Shown here piece after piece: positions 20,336-31,157 of a stretch of DNA of 64,000 bases. Under the pieces are notes generated by a model. The model was not told the origin of the DNA and searched no databases. It saw only the letters and a program-made list of their open reading frames with translations. The translations under genes were made by a program, and so were the position numbers. Numbering within the stretch: position 1 is the stretch's first letter; the number at the start of each line of letters is the position of its first letter. This DNA is from Candidatus Heimdallarchaeota archaeon. GTDB lineage: Archaea > Asgardarchaeota > Heimdallarchaeia > JABLTI01. The stretch spans positions 96,001-160,000 of the forward strand of contig JAHLVW010000062.1 in the NCBI GenBank assembly GCA_019058275.1, in the 5' to 3' direction.

Positions 20336-21274
20336 CTACTTGTCTATCTTTCTGTCAATATCATTGTAGAGATCATTAAGGTGTATTTTGTATTTACCTA
20401 AATTTCCACCAAAATTACCTGCAGATATTTTCAGAACACCTTTAGATTTTACACCTACTTTTATTGCTAAACTCATAGCTTGTTTGACATCAACCATTGT
20501 TAGACCATTAATAACAATTTCAGGAATGCTAACAACACCCTCAGGAACAAGGCTCTCATCAATTTCCGTTCGCAAAGATGGACAGTATTGATGATTAGTT
20601 GTAGGTCCAATTTCAGGATGAGGTTGTCCTTTATAGACAGTTTTCGATCCTGCAGAGCAGATAGCGAAAGGAGTAACGATATTTTCTACATGTATTAAAG
20701 TATCAACTATTTTCTTACCAACTTTTAGGGCATTTTTCTCAGAATCGCACATCAACCAGATATTTCCACCAGATATGCCTGTTGTGTAACCAACATGACG
20801 TTCTATAAACCAATCACCCATCATTAAAGGGATTTTTATCATCTTACGATCAAATAATTCAACATCAGATTGGTAAACATCACCACAATAACCGACATTT
20901 TCCATTAAATCAAACTTGTCTTTAGATTCCAAGGCATTAAACACAGTTGTTGTGGGGATTACTAAAATACCTTGTCTAATTCTCAAACCAAGTTCTTTGT
21001 AGAATTTCTTCAAACTTTTCTCAGGATTTTCTGGATTCCACTCACCCCAAATCTGAGCAATAAAACCTGGGTTTTTATCGGGTGTTTTATCTCCTTGCAA
21101 CCATCGTTCTAAGCCTGCTTCTGTACGTCCTACAACTATTGATGGTAGTGCAGTACTTTGTGCTACTGTATAGTGCATAAGCTCTTCATCGCGAAGTGTT
21201 ACTAACAATCGAGTAACTATTCCTTCAAAAGCTTCGCAGTAAGTGTCTTCTATTTCTACTCCTTCAAGCATCAT
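20336..21274 (-). CDS. ftr: Formylmethanofuran:tetrahydromethanopterin formyltransferase
   Basis: GVEIEDTYCEAF, GGN, SAGSK, TTNHQYCPSLR, EIVINGL, ISAGNFGGNLG. Confidence 0.92.
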   Translation of the reverse strand: MMLEGVEIEDTYCEAFEGIVTRLLVTLRDEELMHYTVAQSTALPSIVVGRTEAGLERWLQGDKTPDKNPGFIAQIWGEWNPENPEKSLKKFYKELGLRIRQGILVIPTTTVFNALESKDKFDLMENVGYCGDVYQSDVELFDRKMIKIPLMMGDWFIERHVGYTTGISGGNIWLMCDSEKNALKVGKKIVDTLIHVENIVTPFAICSAGSKTVYKGQPHPEIGPTTNHQYCPSLRTEIDESLVPEGVVSIPEIVINGLTMVDVKQAMSLAIKVGVKSKGVLKISAGNFGGNLGKYKIHLNDLYNDIDRKIDK

Positions 21275-21368
21275 GAGATGAAACCTTCACTATTTATCCA
21301 TGTGCAATAATGTCATTGAAAAAGATTTTGCTGGTAAAAAATGTTGATTGGTAAAATGAATTTAATTT

Positions 21369-22153
21369 CTAGTTTGTTTTTGGTTTTAGTAATCCAATAA
21401 ATTCTGCTTCCTCAGCTATATTATCGACTGTTATTGGATCATATTTCTCAATTAAATGAATGGAATTTGTTCCATAGATTAAATTATCTCGAGCATTATG
21501 AAACATTGCTTTAGTATCTTCCAGATCCTTCTCTTCAACTAAAGTGTCTTTTGGTAAACCAACGCATAGTAACGGTATCTCTGGTTGAAGTACACATTCA
21601 GCTGTTCCCAATTTTTTTAATGTTAAATTATACTGCTTATGTATTTTTTTAGCACCATCTCTCTTGAGGAATTTAAACAATACAAAATAAGTGTCAAATG
21701 TCTTCTTACGTCAAATAAACATTGTTATTGGAAATGCTAAGACTAAGAGGAAAGCAAAAATCCATAAGAAGAACCATGGAAAGCTCATCATAAATTTCAA
21801 ACCAGCATCCTCTTTAATTCTCTTTGATGAACCAATGAGTACGACCTCTTGTAAACCAGGTACCTTTTCTCTATTCATCAATTCAATAATTAAACTGCCA
21901 CCTAAACTATGACCACACAAAACAAAAGGTTCCTTTTTTGGCAAATTAGCTTTAAGTTTAACTAAATGAGAATCACTATCAGTACATGTTTCATCCCATC
22001 TAATTACCTCTACATTATCTTCACCAAATCTCTTGAGATAATCAGGATATTCTCTTCCAGAACCACCAAATCCAGTTGCAATTATAACTCTAGAATCACA
22101 TTTAAGTAGTACATGTTCTTTTCCAGCTTCTTTTCCCAAATTCTCTTCCTCAT
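21369..22153 (-). pseudogene. Alpha/beta hydrolase, disrupted
   Basis: GFGG, GHSLGG; in-frame TGA at 21711-21713 joins the two ORFs; probable frameshift near the start (MRKRIWEKK from 22153). Confidence 0.75.
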
Positions 22154-22215
22154 ATGGTTAGTTTAAGTTATAAATTCATATAATTGATACTGGTTTTGCT
22201 TTTATGATTTCATTA

Positions 22216-23523
22216 TCATCTTTTGTTTTTTGGTTTTCTTCGCATGTTGTATTTTCTCGCCATTTGCATAGAGTTGATCATTGGTTCAATTTCAACATCT
22301 GTTTCTAATTGGCCAAGCATATTATCATCAATAAATAACGGATTTTCTGCATACATTGTACCTGCAAATAAATCTGGAGTATACTCTCTTCCTCTCCATG
22401 TTATCTTCTTTTTTATCACAAGTTCTAAAGCAGAAACACCAAGTAATATGCAAAAAAATACGAATACGATTGGATAAAACGTATATGTAACCCACTGATG
22501 TGCTCCTTTTTTATTCCAATAGATGAAAACAGACAAACCACATAGAACATAGGCTATCGAAGTTACAAGTATATATGGCCAAGTTGCATAGTTTGCTGCT
22601 AAACCTACAGCAACTGGTGCAAGCATACCCCAAAGGTACCAAAGTAATGCTCCAGTAATATTTCGTGGATGAGTCAATTTTGTACCTGGAAACAAGCATT
22701 TCTTCCAACCATTCCAACATTGTTTTGGAGAATCTGGATACATTCTTGTGTACACAAATTTTGTACCATCTATGAAGAATAATCGTTTTAATTTTGTTTT
22801 AACAACCCTTGCTAAGGCAAGATCCTCAACAATAGAACCCTTTAAAAATTCATGACCACCAAATGCTTCATAATCTTTACGTTTAAATAACATGTATTGA
22901 CCTGAAGCAGTATAGCTTTTGGGTTTATTTGGATTGTTAACGCTGTTTTTACCACCATATGTTAAATTTGAAGCAAAATAAAATACCGGATTGATACTTT
23001 CCCACCAGCTTTTGATACGCTGGAAAGGAAATACACTTACTAATGCTGCATTTCTTTCCAATGCAACTTTCATGAAATGTTTTAATGAATCTGGTGTATG
23101 TTCTGTATCTGCATCTGCAAAAAGCAAATAGTCTCCTTTTGCTTGCTGATATCCTAGATGGCAACCATAGTTCTTACCAATCCAGCCTTGAGGTAAGGTT
23201 TCATCTACAATTACTTTATCAATAAATGACTTAGCCATCTCTATAGTTCTATCACTTGATCCTCCATCTGAGACAATTATTTCAAATTTAGAGTAATTAA
23301 GCTCTTTCAATGACTGTAAACAAACAGCGATATTATTCTCCTCATTGTAAGTAGGAACAATGATACTTACAAATGGTTGTTCAAAATCATCATCTAGTGG
23401 AGTTCTAGGTAAGATGCCCTTTCTACCACTAATAGTTAGAAAAAAATAGAATAATGAAAAAAATACTAGCACAGCATATATGCTGCCAGCTATAATTAGG
23501 AATAGTGTGATTACTGATGCCAT
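22216..23523 (-). CDS. GT2 glycosyltransferase, membrane-bound (CrtQ/HpnB-like)
   Basis: VPTYNEE, DGGSSD, GWIGK, FADAD, EDLALA, RMY. Confidence 0.92.
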   Translation of the reverse strand: MASVITLFLIIAGSIYAVLVFFSLFYFFLTISGRKGILPRTPLDDDFEQPFVSIIVPTYNEENNIAVCLQSLKELNYSKFEIIVSDGGSSDRTIEMAKSFIDKVIVDETLPQGWIGKNYGCHLGYQQAKGDYLLFADADTEHTPDSLKHFMKVALERNAALVSVFPFQRIKSWWESINPVFYFASNLTYGGKNSVNNPNKPKSYTASGQYMLFKRKDYEAFGGHEFLKGSIVEDLALARVVKTKLKRLFFIDGTKFVYTRMYPDSPKQCWNGWKKCLFPGTKLTHPRNITGALLWYLWGMLAPVAVGLAANYATWPYILVTSIAYVLCGLSVFIYWNKKGAHQWVTYTFYPIVFVFFCILLGVSALELVIKKKITWRGREYTPDLFAGTMYAENPLFIDDNMLGQLETDVEIEPMINSMQMARKYNMRRKPKNKR

Positions 23524-23815
23524 ATTATCGAATCTCCTGATTACAATATGCTAGATTTACCTTCTGCATACTTTTACTGATAAACTTCCTTTATTCTGTT
23601 TAATACCAAACCTATGCCCTTGAAGTTTATCACATTGTTGAATCTCTAAGAGTTTACTTAAGCAATTAGCAATTGCTTATTTATAATTTTTCAGTAATTA
23701 GATTCTTTGAGTAGATGTATTATTTTATGTTTATAAAATATTCTGAATAAAATTTCTTTATGATTAGAATTATAAAGAGAGGATTATAATTAGTTCAAAA
23801 GAGGAAGTATATGTT

Positions 23816-24514
23816 ATGTTTTCATTTGGTTTAAACTCAAGAAAGTGGATAAAATCTGCACAAAAAACTGAAAAGCAAACCAAAAACTATTCAAAAGTTG
23901 CTTATGATACTTGGACGAATGTAATTAATCACTATGATGTTGATATCAAGATTTTTCTTGAAGAAATTGCTGAAAAGAGAGCAGAATATGAGAACTCATT
24001 GGTTTTTATGGAAATGCTTGCCTTCATGAAAAGGTTGGCTAATGTTCAAAATCTAGCTGTTTGGGGATTCTATCACTCAGCACTATTAGAATTACGATTT
24101 CTTTTGGAAACAACTACTTTAGCCTTTTATTTAGATCATCAATTACCAAATACCGATACTGCTGAAAAGTTGAAATTAATGCAGAAGCACAAAGGTGAGC
24201 TTTGGGGTACGAGATTAAGAAGACGAGCATATATGTATGACAAGCCATTTGGTGAAGAAGTTGAAAAAGTTGTTCAAGCTATAAATAATTCCATAGATGA
24301 ATACATGGTAGATAAAACAGTTGAAATGTGGGAAGAATCCAGTTTACCATTTAGTGAAAATGACTTTAATGAATGTGTTTTTCATACGAAAAATGCAACT
24401 GCATTGATAATTAGGCATTTTACAAAAACATTATTCAATTTCAAATATAATGGTGAATTGATAGTTACTTACAAGGATGAAACTCAAACTGAAACAAAGC
24501 AATTGGAAGAATAG
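23816..24514 (+). CDS. Hypothetical helical protein (weakly HEPN/DUF5677-like)
   Basis: 232-aa ORF with GAGGA SD; ELRFLLE motif. Confidence 0.55.
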   Translation: MFSFGLNSRKWIKSAQKTEKQTKNYSKVAYDTWTNVINHYDVDIKIFLEEIAEKRAEYENSLVFMEMLAFMKRLANVQNLAVWGFYHSALLELRFLLETTTLAFYLDHQLPNTDTAEKLKLMQKHKGELWGTRLRRRAYMYDKPFGEEVEKVVQAINNSIDEYMVDKTVEMWEESSLPFSENDFNECVFHTKNATALIIRHFTKTLFNFKYNGELIVTYKDETQTETKQLEE

Positions 24515-24629
24515 AAATCTAATTACATTTTGTAAAATTATGAAAAATCCTCGAATTTTTCTGACTTTTTAATTGAAAAAAAATTTAAACTACAAATTAA
24601 TAGAATTGAAGAAAGGGTGTAATAGAAAA

Positions 24630-26000
24630 ATGAAGTTCGAAAGAATAGTTTCTAAAGGGATTTCTAGTAATTCTTACTTTATTGCTGCAGATAATGAAGC
24701 AGCTGTGATTGATCCTAGAAGAGATGTTGATATTTATCTTGAGTTCGCGCAAAAATATAACGTAAAGATAACTAAGATTTTTGACACTCATAGAAATGAG
24801 GATTTTGTAAATGGATCGCCACAATTAGCTTACTTTACCGATGCTAAAATCTATCATGGACACAAGCTTGATTTTAAATATGGCGAACCTGTAAAAGAAG
24901 ATGATAAATTTCAAATAGATGAACTAAAGTTTGAAATCCTAGAAACACCCGGACATACACCTGAAAGCATTTCTATATTACTTAAAGCAGAATCAAATCC
25001 TACAAAACCTTTCATGATATTCACTGGAGATACTCTTTTTGCAGGGGATGTAGGTAGAATAGATTTTTATCGTGATGCAAAGAAGCAATTGGAAGCAGCT
25101 AAATGGCTTTATAAAAGCATATTTAATAAAATCCTAAAATTAAATGATGGAACTATAGTTCTTCCTGCTCATGGAGCAGGTTCAATCTGTGGAGGGGGTA
25201 TAACTAGTTTACCCTTTACTACAGTGGGATATGAGAAATTAACAAATCCAATGCTTCAATTGAAAAAGGATGAATTTATTGATTACAAATCGAAAGAGAA
25301 ATTCGAAATTGCTCCTAATATGTCTATACTTGAAAAATTCAATTTAGAAGGTGCACCAATTCTAAAAAGTAGTATACAACCCAAAGCACTAACCATTGAT
25401 GAGGTTAAAAATTTCATGCAAGAGGGAGCTCAAATTATTGATGTTCGAGAGCCCGAAAGCTATGCAGGAGGTCATATTCCAAATACTATTAGCATCTGGA
25501 AAAATGGATTACCAACATATGCATTATGGTTTTTGAATTATAACGATCCCATAGTACTTATCAAAAGCACTCATCAAGATGTAGATCAAAGTGTCAGATA
25601 CTTGATCAGACTTGGTTTTGATAAAATTGTAGGTTATTTGCGAGGTTTTCGTAATTGGTATATGAAAGGAGAGAAATATGAGGAAACATTGGTTTGGTCT
25701 GTGCACGATCTAAAAGAACATCTTGATGATGATCTTTATGTTCTAGATGTTAGAACAAATCATAACGTAGAAGAGAATGGCAAAATAAAGGGATCACATA
25801 ATGTGTTCTTAGGGAATTTACCAGAAAAGATATCAGAAATTCCTAAGGATAAGAAAATTGCTGTTTATTGCGATTCAGGATTTAAGACATTTTCAGGTGT
25901 TAGCTATTTGCTAAAAAATAAATTCAAAGATGTTATTGGTGTTTTCGGAAGTATGAGTGCTTGGAAGAATGCTGGGTATCCAGTTGAAGATGACAAATAA
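24630..26000 (+). CDS. MBL-fold hydrolase with two rhodanese domains (persulfide dioxygenase-rhodanese-like)
   Basis: THRNED, TPGHTPE, FTGD, PAHGAGS, IDVR..GGHIP, YCDSG; probable ATG at 24630. Confidence 0.9.
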   Translation: MKFERIVSKGISSNSYFIAADNEAAVIDPRRDVDIYLEFAQKYNVKITKIFDTHRNEDFVNGSPQLAYFTDAKIYHGHKLDFKYGEPVKEDDKFQIDELKFEILETPGHTPESISILLKAESNPTKPFMIFTGDTLFAGDVGRIDFYRDAKKQLEAAKWLYKSIFNKILKLNDGTIVLPAHGAGSICGGGITSLPFTTVGYEKLTNPMLQLKKDEFIDYKSKEKFEIAPNMSILEKFNLEGAPILKSSIQPKALTIDEVKNFMQEGAQIIDVREPESYAGGHIPNTISIWKNGLPTYALWFLNYNDPIVLIKSTHQDVDQSVRYLIRLGFDKIVGYLRGFRNWYMKGEKYEETLVWSVHDLKEHLDDDLYVLDVRTNHNVEENGKIKGSHNVFLGNLPEKISEIPKDKKIAVYCDSGFKTFSGVSYLLKNKFKDVIGVFGSMSAWKNAGYPVEDDK

Positions 26001-26105
26001 GCAAAAGAACTCAAATTATAACTAATAAACTTTCAAAGTCATGTGAATCTTATAAATCGAAATAATAATATATGCAATTTGTAACTAAAATATAAGCGAA
26101 TCTGA

Positions 26106-26456
26106 ATGAAACAAATTAACATAATAACTCAGGAGGGCTCTGGGATTACAAATAGTAAACTAAAAGATGAAATAAGTAAAAGATGTCCAAATCCACAATC
26201 ACCATGTACAATTATCTTTAGAATTGGTGAAAATCTTCAATCATTCAATGCTGTTGTAGATATATTTACAAAGAAAGGATTTATTGTCCAAGAATTCGTT
26301 GATGACTTTATGTGTGTTTTATCACGTGAAAAAGATGTAATAAATGAATCTGTAAAAATAGAGCGCAATCAAGTACAAATCCAAGCATGGAAAGATACAC
26401 TATTAGATTTGTGTGATGATTTAGCTGATCATTGCAAGGAATTTGTAGGCAACTAA
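26106..26456 (+). CDS. Hypothetical protein
   Basis: 116-aa ORF followed by a hairpin. Confidence 0.55.
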   Translation: MKQINIITQEGSGITNSKLKDEISKRCPNPQSPCTIIFRIGENLQSFNAVVDIFTKKGFIVQEFVDDFMCVLSREKDVINESVKIERNQVQIQAWKDTLLDLCDDLADHCKEFVGN

Positions 26457-26462
26457 TTCGCC

Positions 26463-26495
26463 TTGAAAAACTAGTTTATACTACTAGTTTTTCAA
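26463..26495. terminator. Perfect 13-bp inverted repeat (terminator or operator)
   Basis: TTGAAAAACTAGT-7 nt-ACTAGTTTTTCAA. Confidence 0.6.
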
Positions 26496-26562
26496 AAGCT
26501 TACGTTAGATTTATTTTAGGAACATCAAATAAATTTGAATATATATAGCAAAACCTACATAG

Positions 26563-27054
26563 ATGAAAATTGGAGTGTGTATTTTAAATTTGAATACAGA
26601 TGAAATTGTGTTTAAAATAAACAACACTGATAACAAAATGATCTTCTTGACGGGTATCTTTGAAGGATTTTCTGCTTACAATTTAGCTATTGATAATAAT
26701 TATTCTTATTTAGATTTCAATTCATTTCTAAAAGAAAATAGAATTGATTCAGAACATTTCAAATCCTCTGATGCTTCAAGAACAACAGGAATAATAATTA
26801 GTATAGATCAATGGACACAAAAGACAGCTTACAAAGAACAAAAGGCAACAATAATTATTGATGGATTTGACCCAAAGAAAATACCTGATCTATTAACCAA
26901 GAGTTTATTGATGCAAGATTTACTTTACTTATCAAAAAACAATGCTAAACTTAAAGCCAATTTAGTCTTTATTATTGATGAAAAAAACGGCGCATTAGAA
27001 GAACAAATACTGCCTAAAATTCTAACTAATAGTCATATCATAAATCTTGCTTAA
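26563..27054 (+). CDS. Hypothetical protein
   Basis: 163-aa ORF. Confidence 0.55.
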   Translation: MKIGVCILNLNTDEIVFKINNTDNKMIFLTGIFEGFSAYNLAIDNNYSYLDFNSFLKENRIDSEHFKSSDASRTTGIIISIDQWTQKTAYKEQKATIIIDGFDPKKIPDLLTKSLLMQDLLYLSKNNAKLKANLVFIIDEKNGALEEQILPKILTNSHIINLA

Positions 27055-27109
27055 AACATTCATGGTTTCATAACTTTGGTAAAATAAAGTAAATAGATAT
27101 GATGTATAA

Positions 27110-27913
27110 ATGAAAGATCAAGAATTAAGTAAAATTAAAACATTTCAAACAAAGATTTTTGACTGGTGGAATACAAACAAACGCGAATTTCCCTGGAGAG
27201 AAACCACAGATCCTTATTTTGTTCTGCTTTCTGAAGTTATGCTGCAGCAAACACAGGCTACAAGGTCTATTGAGAAGTTTAAGCAATTTGTCGAGTCATT
27301 TCCAACAATTGATAGTTTAGCTGAAGCTCAAAAATCTGAGGTTCTAAAACAATGGTCTGGATTGGGTTATAATAGAAGAGCACTGTGGTTACAAGAAGCA
27401 GCAAAACAAATAATTGAGTTGGGAGATTTTCCTAAGTTTCCTGAAGCATTACAAGCTTTGAAAGGTATAGGCCCCTATACAGGAAGAGCAATATTGATTT
27501 TTGCTTTTAATTATGATTTATCAACAGTTGATACAAACATAAGAAGGATTTTGATAGCAGAGGGATTTGCTTCTGAGACTAATACAGAGAAAGAACTTTA
27601 TGATATAGCATTCAAAATACAACCAAAAGGGCGTTCAAGAGATTGGTATAGTGCTTTAATGGATTATGGTGCTACTGTACTAACAGCTGCAAAAACCGGA
27701 ATAAAACCTGTAACAAGCCAATCAAAATACAAAAACTCGAAGAGATTCTTTAGAGGTAAGATAGTTAAATTACTAACAATTCGAGAGAAAGCAACAAAAA
27801 ATAGGATCAGTAAAGAATGTAAAATACCAATAGTTGAAATTGACACGATTTTAGAGAAACTAGTTTCAGATGGTTTAATAAAAAAAGAAAGAAAAAGCTA
27901 TTCTTTGCCATAA
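27110..27913 (+). CDS. mutY: A/G-specific adenine glycosylase-like HhH-GPD protein lacking the Fe-S loop
   Basis: FPWRET.DPY, SEVMLQQT, WSGLGYNRRA, LKGIGPYT, VDTNIRR, ALMDYGA; no CxxxxxxCxxC motif. Confidence 0.85.
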   Translation: MKDQELSKIKTFQTKIFDWWNTNKREFPWRETTDPYFVLLSEVMLQQTQATRSIEKFKQFVESFPTIDSLAEAQKSEVLKQWSGLGYNRRALWLQEAAKQIIELGDFPKFPEALQALKGIGPYTGRAILIFAFNYDLSTVDTNIRRILIAEGFASETNTEKELYDIAFKIQPKGRSRDWYSALMDYGATVLTAAKTGIKPVTSQSKYKNSKRFFRGKIVKLLTIREKATKNRISKECKIPIVEIDTILEKLVSDGLIKKERKSYSLP

Positions 27914-27926
27914 AAAGGAAAAAAAG

Positions 27927-27948
27927 AATGATGATAAAAATCATCATT
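27927..27948. terminator. Hairpin between convergent genes
   Basis: AATGATGAT-AAAA-ATCATCATT with an adjacent A/T tract. Confidence 0.5.
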
Positions 27949-30900
27949 TGACTTGTGCAAGGATTGACTCTAATTCTGATAAAATATCATTAAACCCTAA
28001 TTTCCTACACATTTTGATATCATGTTCGATTCTTTCTTTTATAGTACGAATATCTTTTGAAGTAACAATAGATGATTCTTTTTTATCTAGCCACGAATAG
28101 TATTCATCGATGTTTTTATCTAACATTGAACGAGAAGTTAAGTAGACACGATTACCTTCTAAAGTAAATCCTTTAGCTTCAGAGAATTCATTGATTGTTT
28201 GCTTTACTTCTCCTCTGTTTAGTTTCTTGTCTAGATAAGTGGATATCTCCTTAACAGTTAAGCTTTCAACACCAGAATCTCTTTGTTTTGCAAGGTAACG
28301 AAACATTTTCTGTTCGGGTTGTGTGGTCCAATAAATAGTAAAGAACACTCCTAGAAGTACAATAATACCAACTGCAATTCCTCCACCAATAGATACATAG
28401 ATCATTCTCAACCTTTGGTCAGGATTACTATTTGGATTGTTTGGATTAGTTCCAGCAGTGACTTCATCTAAATCTGATGCTCCATCACCATCAGAATCTA
28501 ATCTATTTGGATTTGTGAAATAGGTTTTCACTTCTTCTCCATCTAATAAGCCATCGTCATCGCTGTCTGCGTCTAAAGGATCAGTATTTGCTGCCATTTC
28601 TTCTATATTCGTCAATCCATCAACATCATAGTCTTCATTTGCATCAGCGAGAGAGGCATTAGTTCCAGCTTCAACTTCCCATTGATCACCCATACCGTCA
28701 GAATCCGTGTCTGAGTTGTGTGGATTGGTTCCTGCTTGATATTCTTCTACATTAGACAATCCATCGGAGTCATCATCAAAGATACCATCCTCAACAAGAG
28801 GATCAAAGAGATTGTCGACTTCCCATCCGTCAGACATTCCATCATCATCTGTATCACTTTTAGTTGGGTTAGTACCTAACAGATATTCTTCATAATTAGT
28901 AAGACCATCTAGATCATAATCAAGAGTAGCATCATCTTCCAATGGATTTGTATTATAGGTGATTTCCCATGCATCAAGCATTAAGTCACCATCTGTATCG
29001 TCGTTATTAGGATCGGGATGAACGTATCCAGTAGAATTTGCACCAGGATTATTTGTTTTATATAAACCGTAAACTTCTTCATAATCACTTAATTGATCAT
29101 TATCAGAATCACTATTGTTAAAATCTGTAAATAAATAACCTGTTAGATTTGCATCCGGATGATAGGGATTGTATATACCTAAAACTTCTAGACCATCACT
29201 TAATTGATCAGCATCCGTGTCATCACTTAAAGGACTATTTGTTGTTATCCAGCCAGTAGCATTAGCATAGGGATGATCTGGTGTATAATAGCCGAGAATT
29301 TCTTCTCCATCATTTAAACCATCAGAATCTGAATCATATGCATTCGGTCTTATGCCACCTATTAATCCTTCCGAATAGTTATATTCAAAATAATTGGTTA
29401 AACCATCACTATCTAGATCTAGATTAGCATCATCGCTTAATGGATCAAGTGTATAGTACACTTCATAGAAATCACGCATACCATCTGTATCTGTGTCATT
29501 TGATAAAGGATTAGTTCCCAAAGCGATTTCTTCTCCATCTTTTAATTGGTCATCATCGGAATCAGAATCGGTAGGGTCTGTGAAATAGGTATAAATCTCG
29601 ACATAATCATCCAAACCATCGGAATCTGAATCATCATTCATAGGATCTGTATAAAATCCATCTACTCCTAAGAAAGCTTCTTCAGAATCATAAATTGTAT
29701 CACCATCTGTGTCATTGTTTAAAGGATCTAAACCATAGAAATAGTCGTTAGTTGCGTATTTGTTATTTGGAGAATGTAAACCATAGAATTCAATACCATC
29801 AAGTAAGGTGTCGCCATCTGTGTCTGCGATTAATGGGTTAGTAAAAACATCATTAATCTCATAACCATCGTACAATAAGTCACTATCATTATCGAGTGAA
29901 ATGACCTCTAACCCATCAATACCATCTGATAGGTAAGCGAATTCATCTCTTGCTGTGATACCTAAACCGTCTCCACCATCATTGAATCGTCCACTGAATT
30001 CGATGTTTTGGACATCTGTAATGTTAAACATTCTTAATCCAATATCATTGTCATAGGAAACGAAAGCAGTATTGTTTAAAGTAAAGATGTCTAAAGCAAC
30101 ATTACCGTCAGTGTACCAATCGAGTATTGAAAAATCTGGGAAACTGTAAAGTGAGAGAATGTAAAATCCACTTTTATCTGCAACAAAAGCTCGATAATCA
30201 TCTCTAATATCTATACTATACACTCCTTCAGATAATCCCTCCTTATTCCAATAACCATTGTTCCATTGGGGACTGAGAGGATCAGTAACAGTATACCTTC
30301 TTACACCATAGTTGGCATCGGCAACATAAACGTAATCAGTAAATGTGTCAACATCACGGAAATCTACTTCAGAGGTATCAGATTTTGCTGCATAGACAGG
30401 ATTATCTGGATCAACGATGTCTATAGCAGCTAAACCTAATCCTCCACATGCAAGATAAGCAGCAGAACCTCTGATTGTTATAGCATAGCATTCATAACCT
30501 TGAAGATCTTCTTTCACATCTCCAATCTTTGTCGGAGCAGTAATCATACTTATGTCCAATATAACGAAACCATTTGATCCATAAGCTACAAACAAATAAG
30601 TTTCATTTTGCCATATACCTCTAGCAATTGCAATGGTACCATCTTGAAAAAAGCTTACTTCAGTGACATTTGCTTTGTCAGATATATCTAGAATTCTCAC
30701 ACCATCTGTTCCAGCTGCAACGTAAGCATAATTATCATCAACAACGACTTCATAAACTAAATCAGTTCCAGACCAATTACCTATTTGACTGTAATCATGT
30801 GGAATTGCATTTATACCTAACATCTCATCTTTTGACAGTATTTCTGTTTCTTCAAAATAGTCAATTTTTAATTGATTTTCATCCCTAATGCTACTATCTT

Positions 30901-30985
30901 GTTGGTGCGGTTGAAATGTACAACTTATTAAAACAAATGCTACCAACGAATAGAGCATTACTCGTTTTATAGTATTCAAAGTCAT
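27944..30985 (-). CDS. Cell-surface protein: LVIVD propeller + DxDxDG Ca-binding (TSP3-like) repeats + TM + cytoplasmic domain
   Basis: Signal peptide; YAYVA..G..ILDIS repeats; many DTDGD/DSDSDG-E-TNP repeats; TM helix near aa 865-890. Confidence 0.88.
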   Translation of the reverse strand: MTLNTIKRVMLYSLVAFVLISCTFQPHQQDSSIRDENQLKIDYFEETEILSKDEMLGINAIPHDYSQIGNWSGTDLVYEVVVDDNYAYVAAGTDGVRILDISDKANVTEVSFFQDGTIAIARGIWQNETYLFVAYGSNGFVILDISMITAPTKIGDVKEDLQGYECYAITIRGSAAYLACGGLGLAAIDIVDPDNPVYAAKSDTSEVDFRDVDTFTDYVYVADANYGVRRYTVTDPLSPQWNNGYWNKEGLSEGVYSIDIRDDYRAFVADKSGFYILSLYSFPDFSILDWYTDGNVALDIFTLNNTAFVSYDNDIGLRMFNITDVQNIEFSGRFNDGGDGLGITARDEFAYLSDGIDGLEVISLDNDSDLLYDGYEINDVFTNPLIADTDGDTLLDGIEFYGLHSPNNKYATNDYFYGLDPLNNDTDGDTIYDSEEAFLGVDGFYTDPMNDDSDSDGLDDYVEIYTYFTDPTDSDSDDDQLKDGEEIALGTNPLSNDTDTDGMRDFYEVYYTLDPLSDDANLDLDSDGLTNYFEYNYSEGLIGGIRPNAYDSDSDGLNDGEEILGYYTPDHPYANATGWITTNSPLSDDTDADQLSDGLEVLGIYNPYHPDANLTGYLFTDFNNSDSDNDQLSDYEEVYGLYKTNNPGANSTGYVHPDPNNDDTDGDLMLDAWEITYNTNPLEDDATLDYDLDGLTNYEEYLLGTNPTKSDTDDDGMSDGWEVDNLFDPLVEDGIFDDDSDGLSNVEEYQAGTNPHNSDTDSDGMGDQWEVEAGTNASLADANEDYDVDGLTNIEEMAANTDPLDADSDDDGLLDGEEVKTYFTNPNRLDSDGDGASDLDEVTAGTNPNNPNSNPDQRLRMIYVSIGGGIAVGIIVLLGVFFTIYWTTQPEQKMFRYLAKQRDSGVESLTVKEISTYLDKKLNRGEVKQTINEFSEAKGFTLEGNRVYLTSRSMLDKNIDEYYSWLDKKESSIVTSKDIRTIKERIEHDIKMCRKLGFNDILSELESILAQVK

Positions 30986-31157
30986 TGTTTATTTTACCTC
31001 GAGAAACTATTCATTTCTTCAGTTTTTTAACAACTTGTCTTGTATAAAAATTCTACTCTCTATTTTAATTTTTATATATCCTCGGAGAACCAGAGGTTTT
31101 ATTTAGTTTATTATTCATTCTATTAGACTATTAGAAAGTGATTCCAAGGTTTTTGTT

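Noticed and set aside
20336-21274. ftr as evidence of methanogenesis
   Set aside because: Ftr also serves non-methanogenic C1 pathways; no mcr or mtr genes in the window
21711-21713. In-frame TGA as selenocysteine
   Set aside because: Not at a catalytic Cys position; the context fits Trp (TGG>TGA); the gene has a second lesion
23816-24514. HEPN toxin call
   Set aside because: Only a weak LRxLLE resemblance; no clear RxxxxH motif and no adjacent antitoxin
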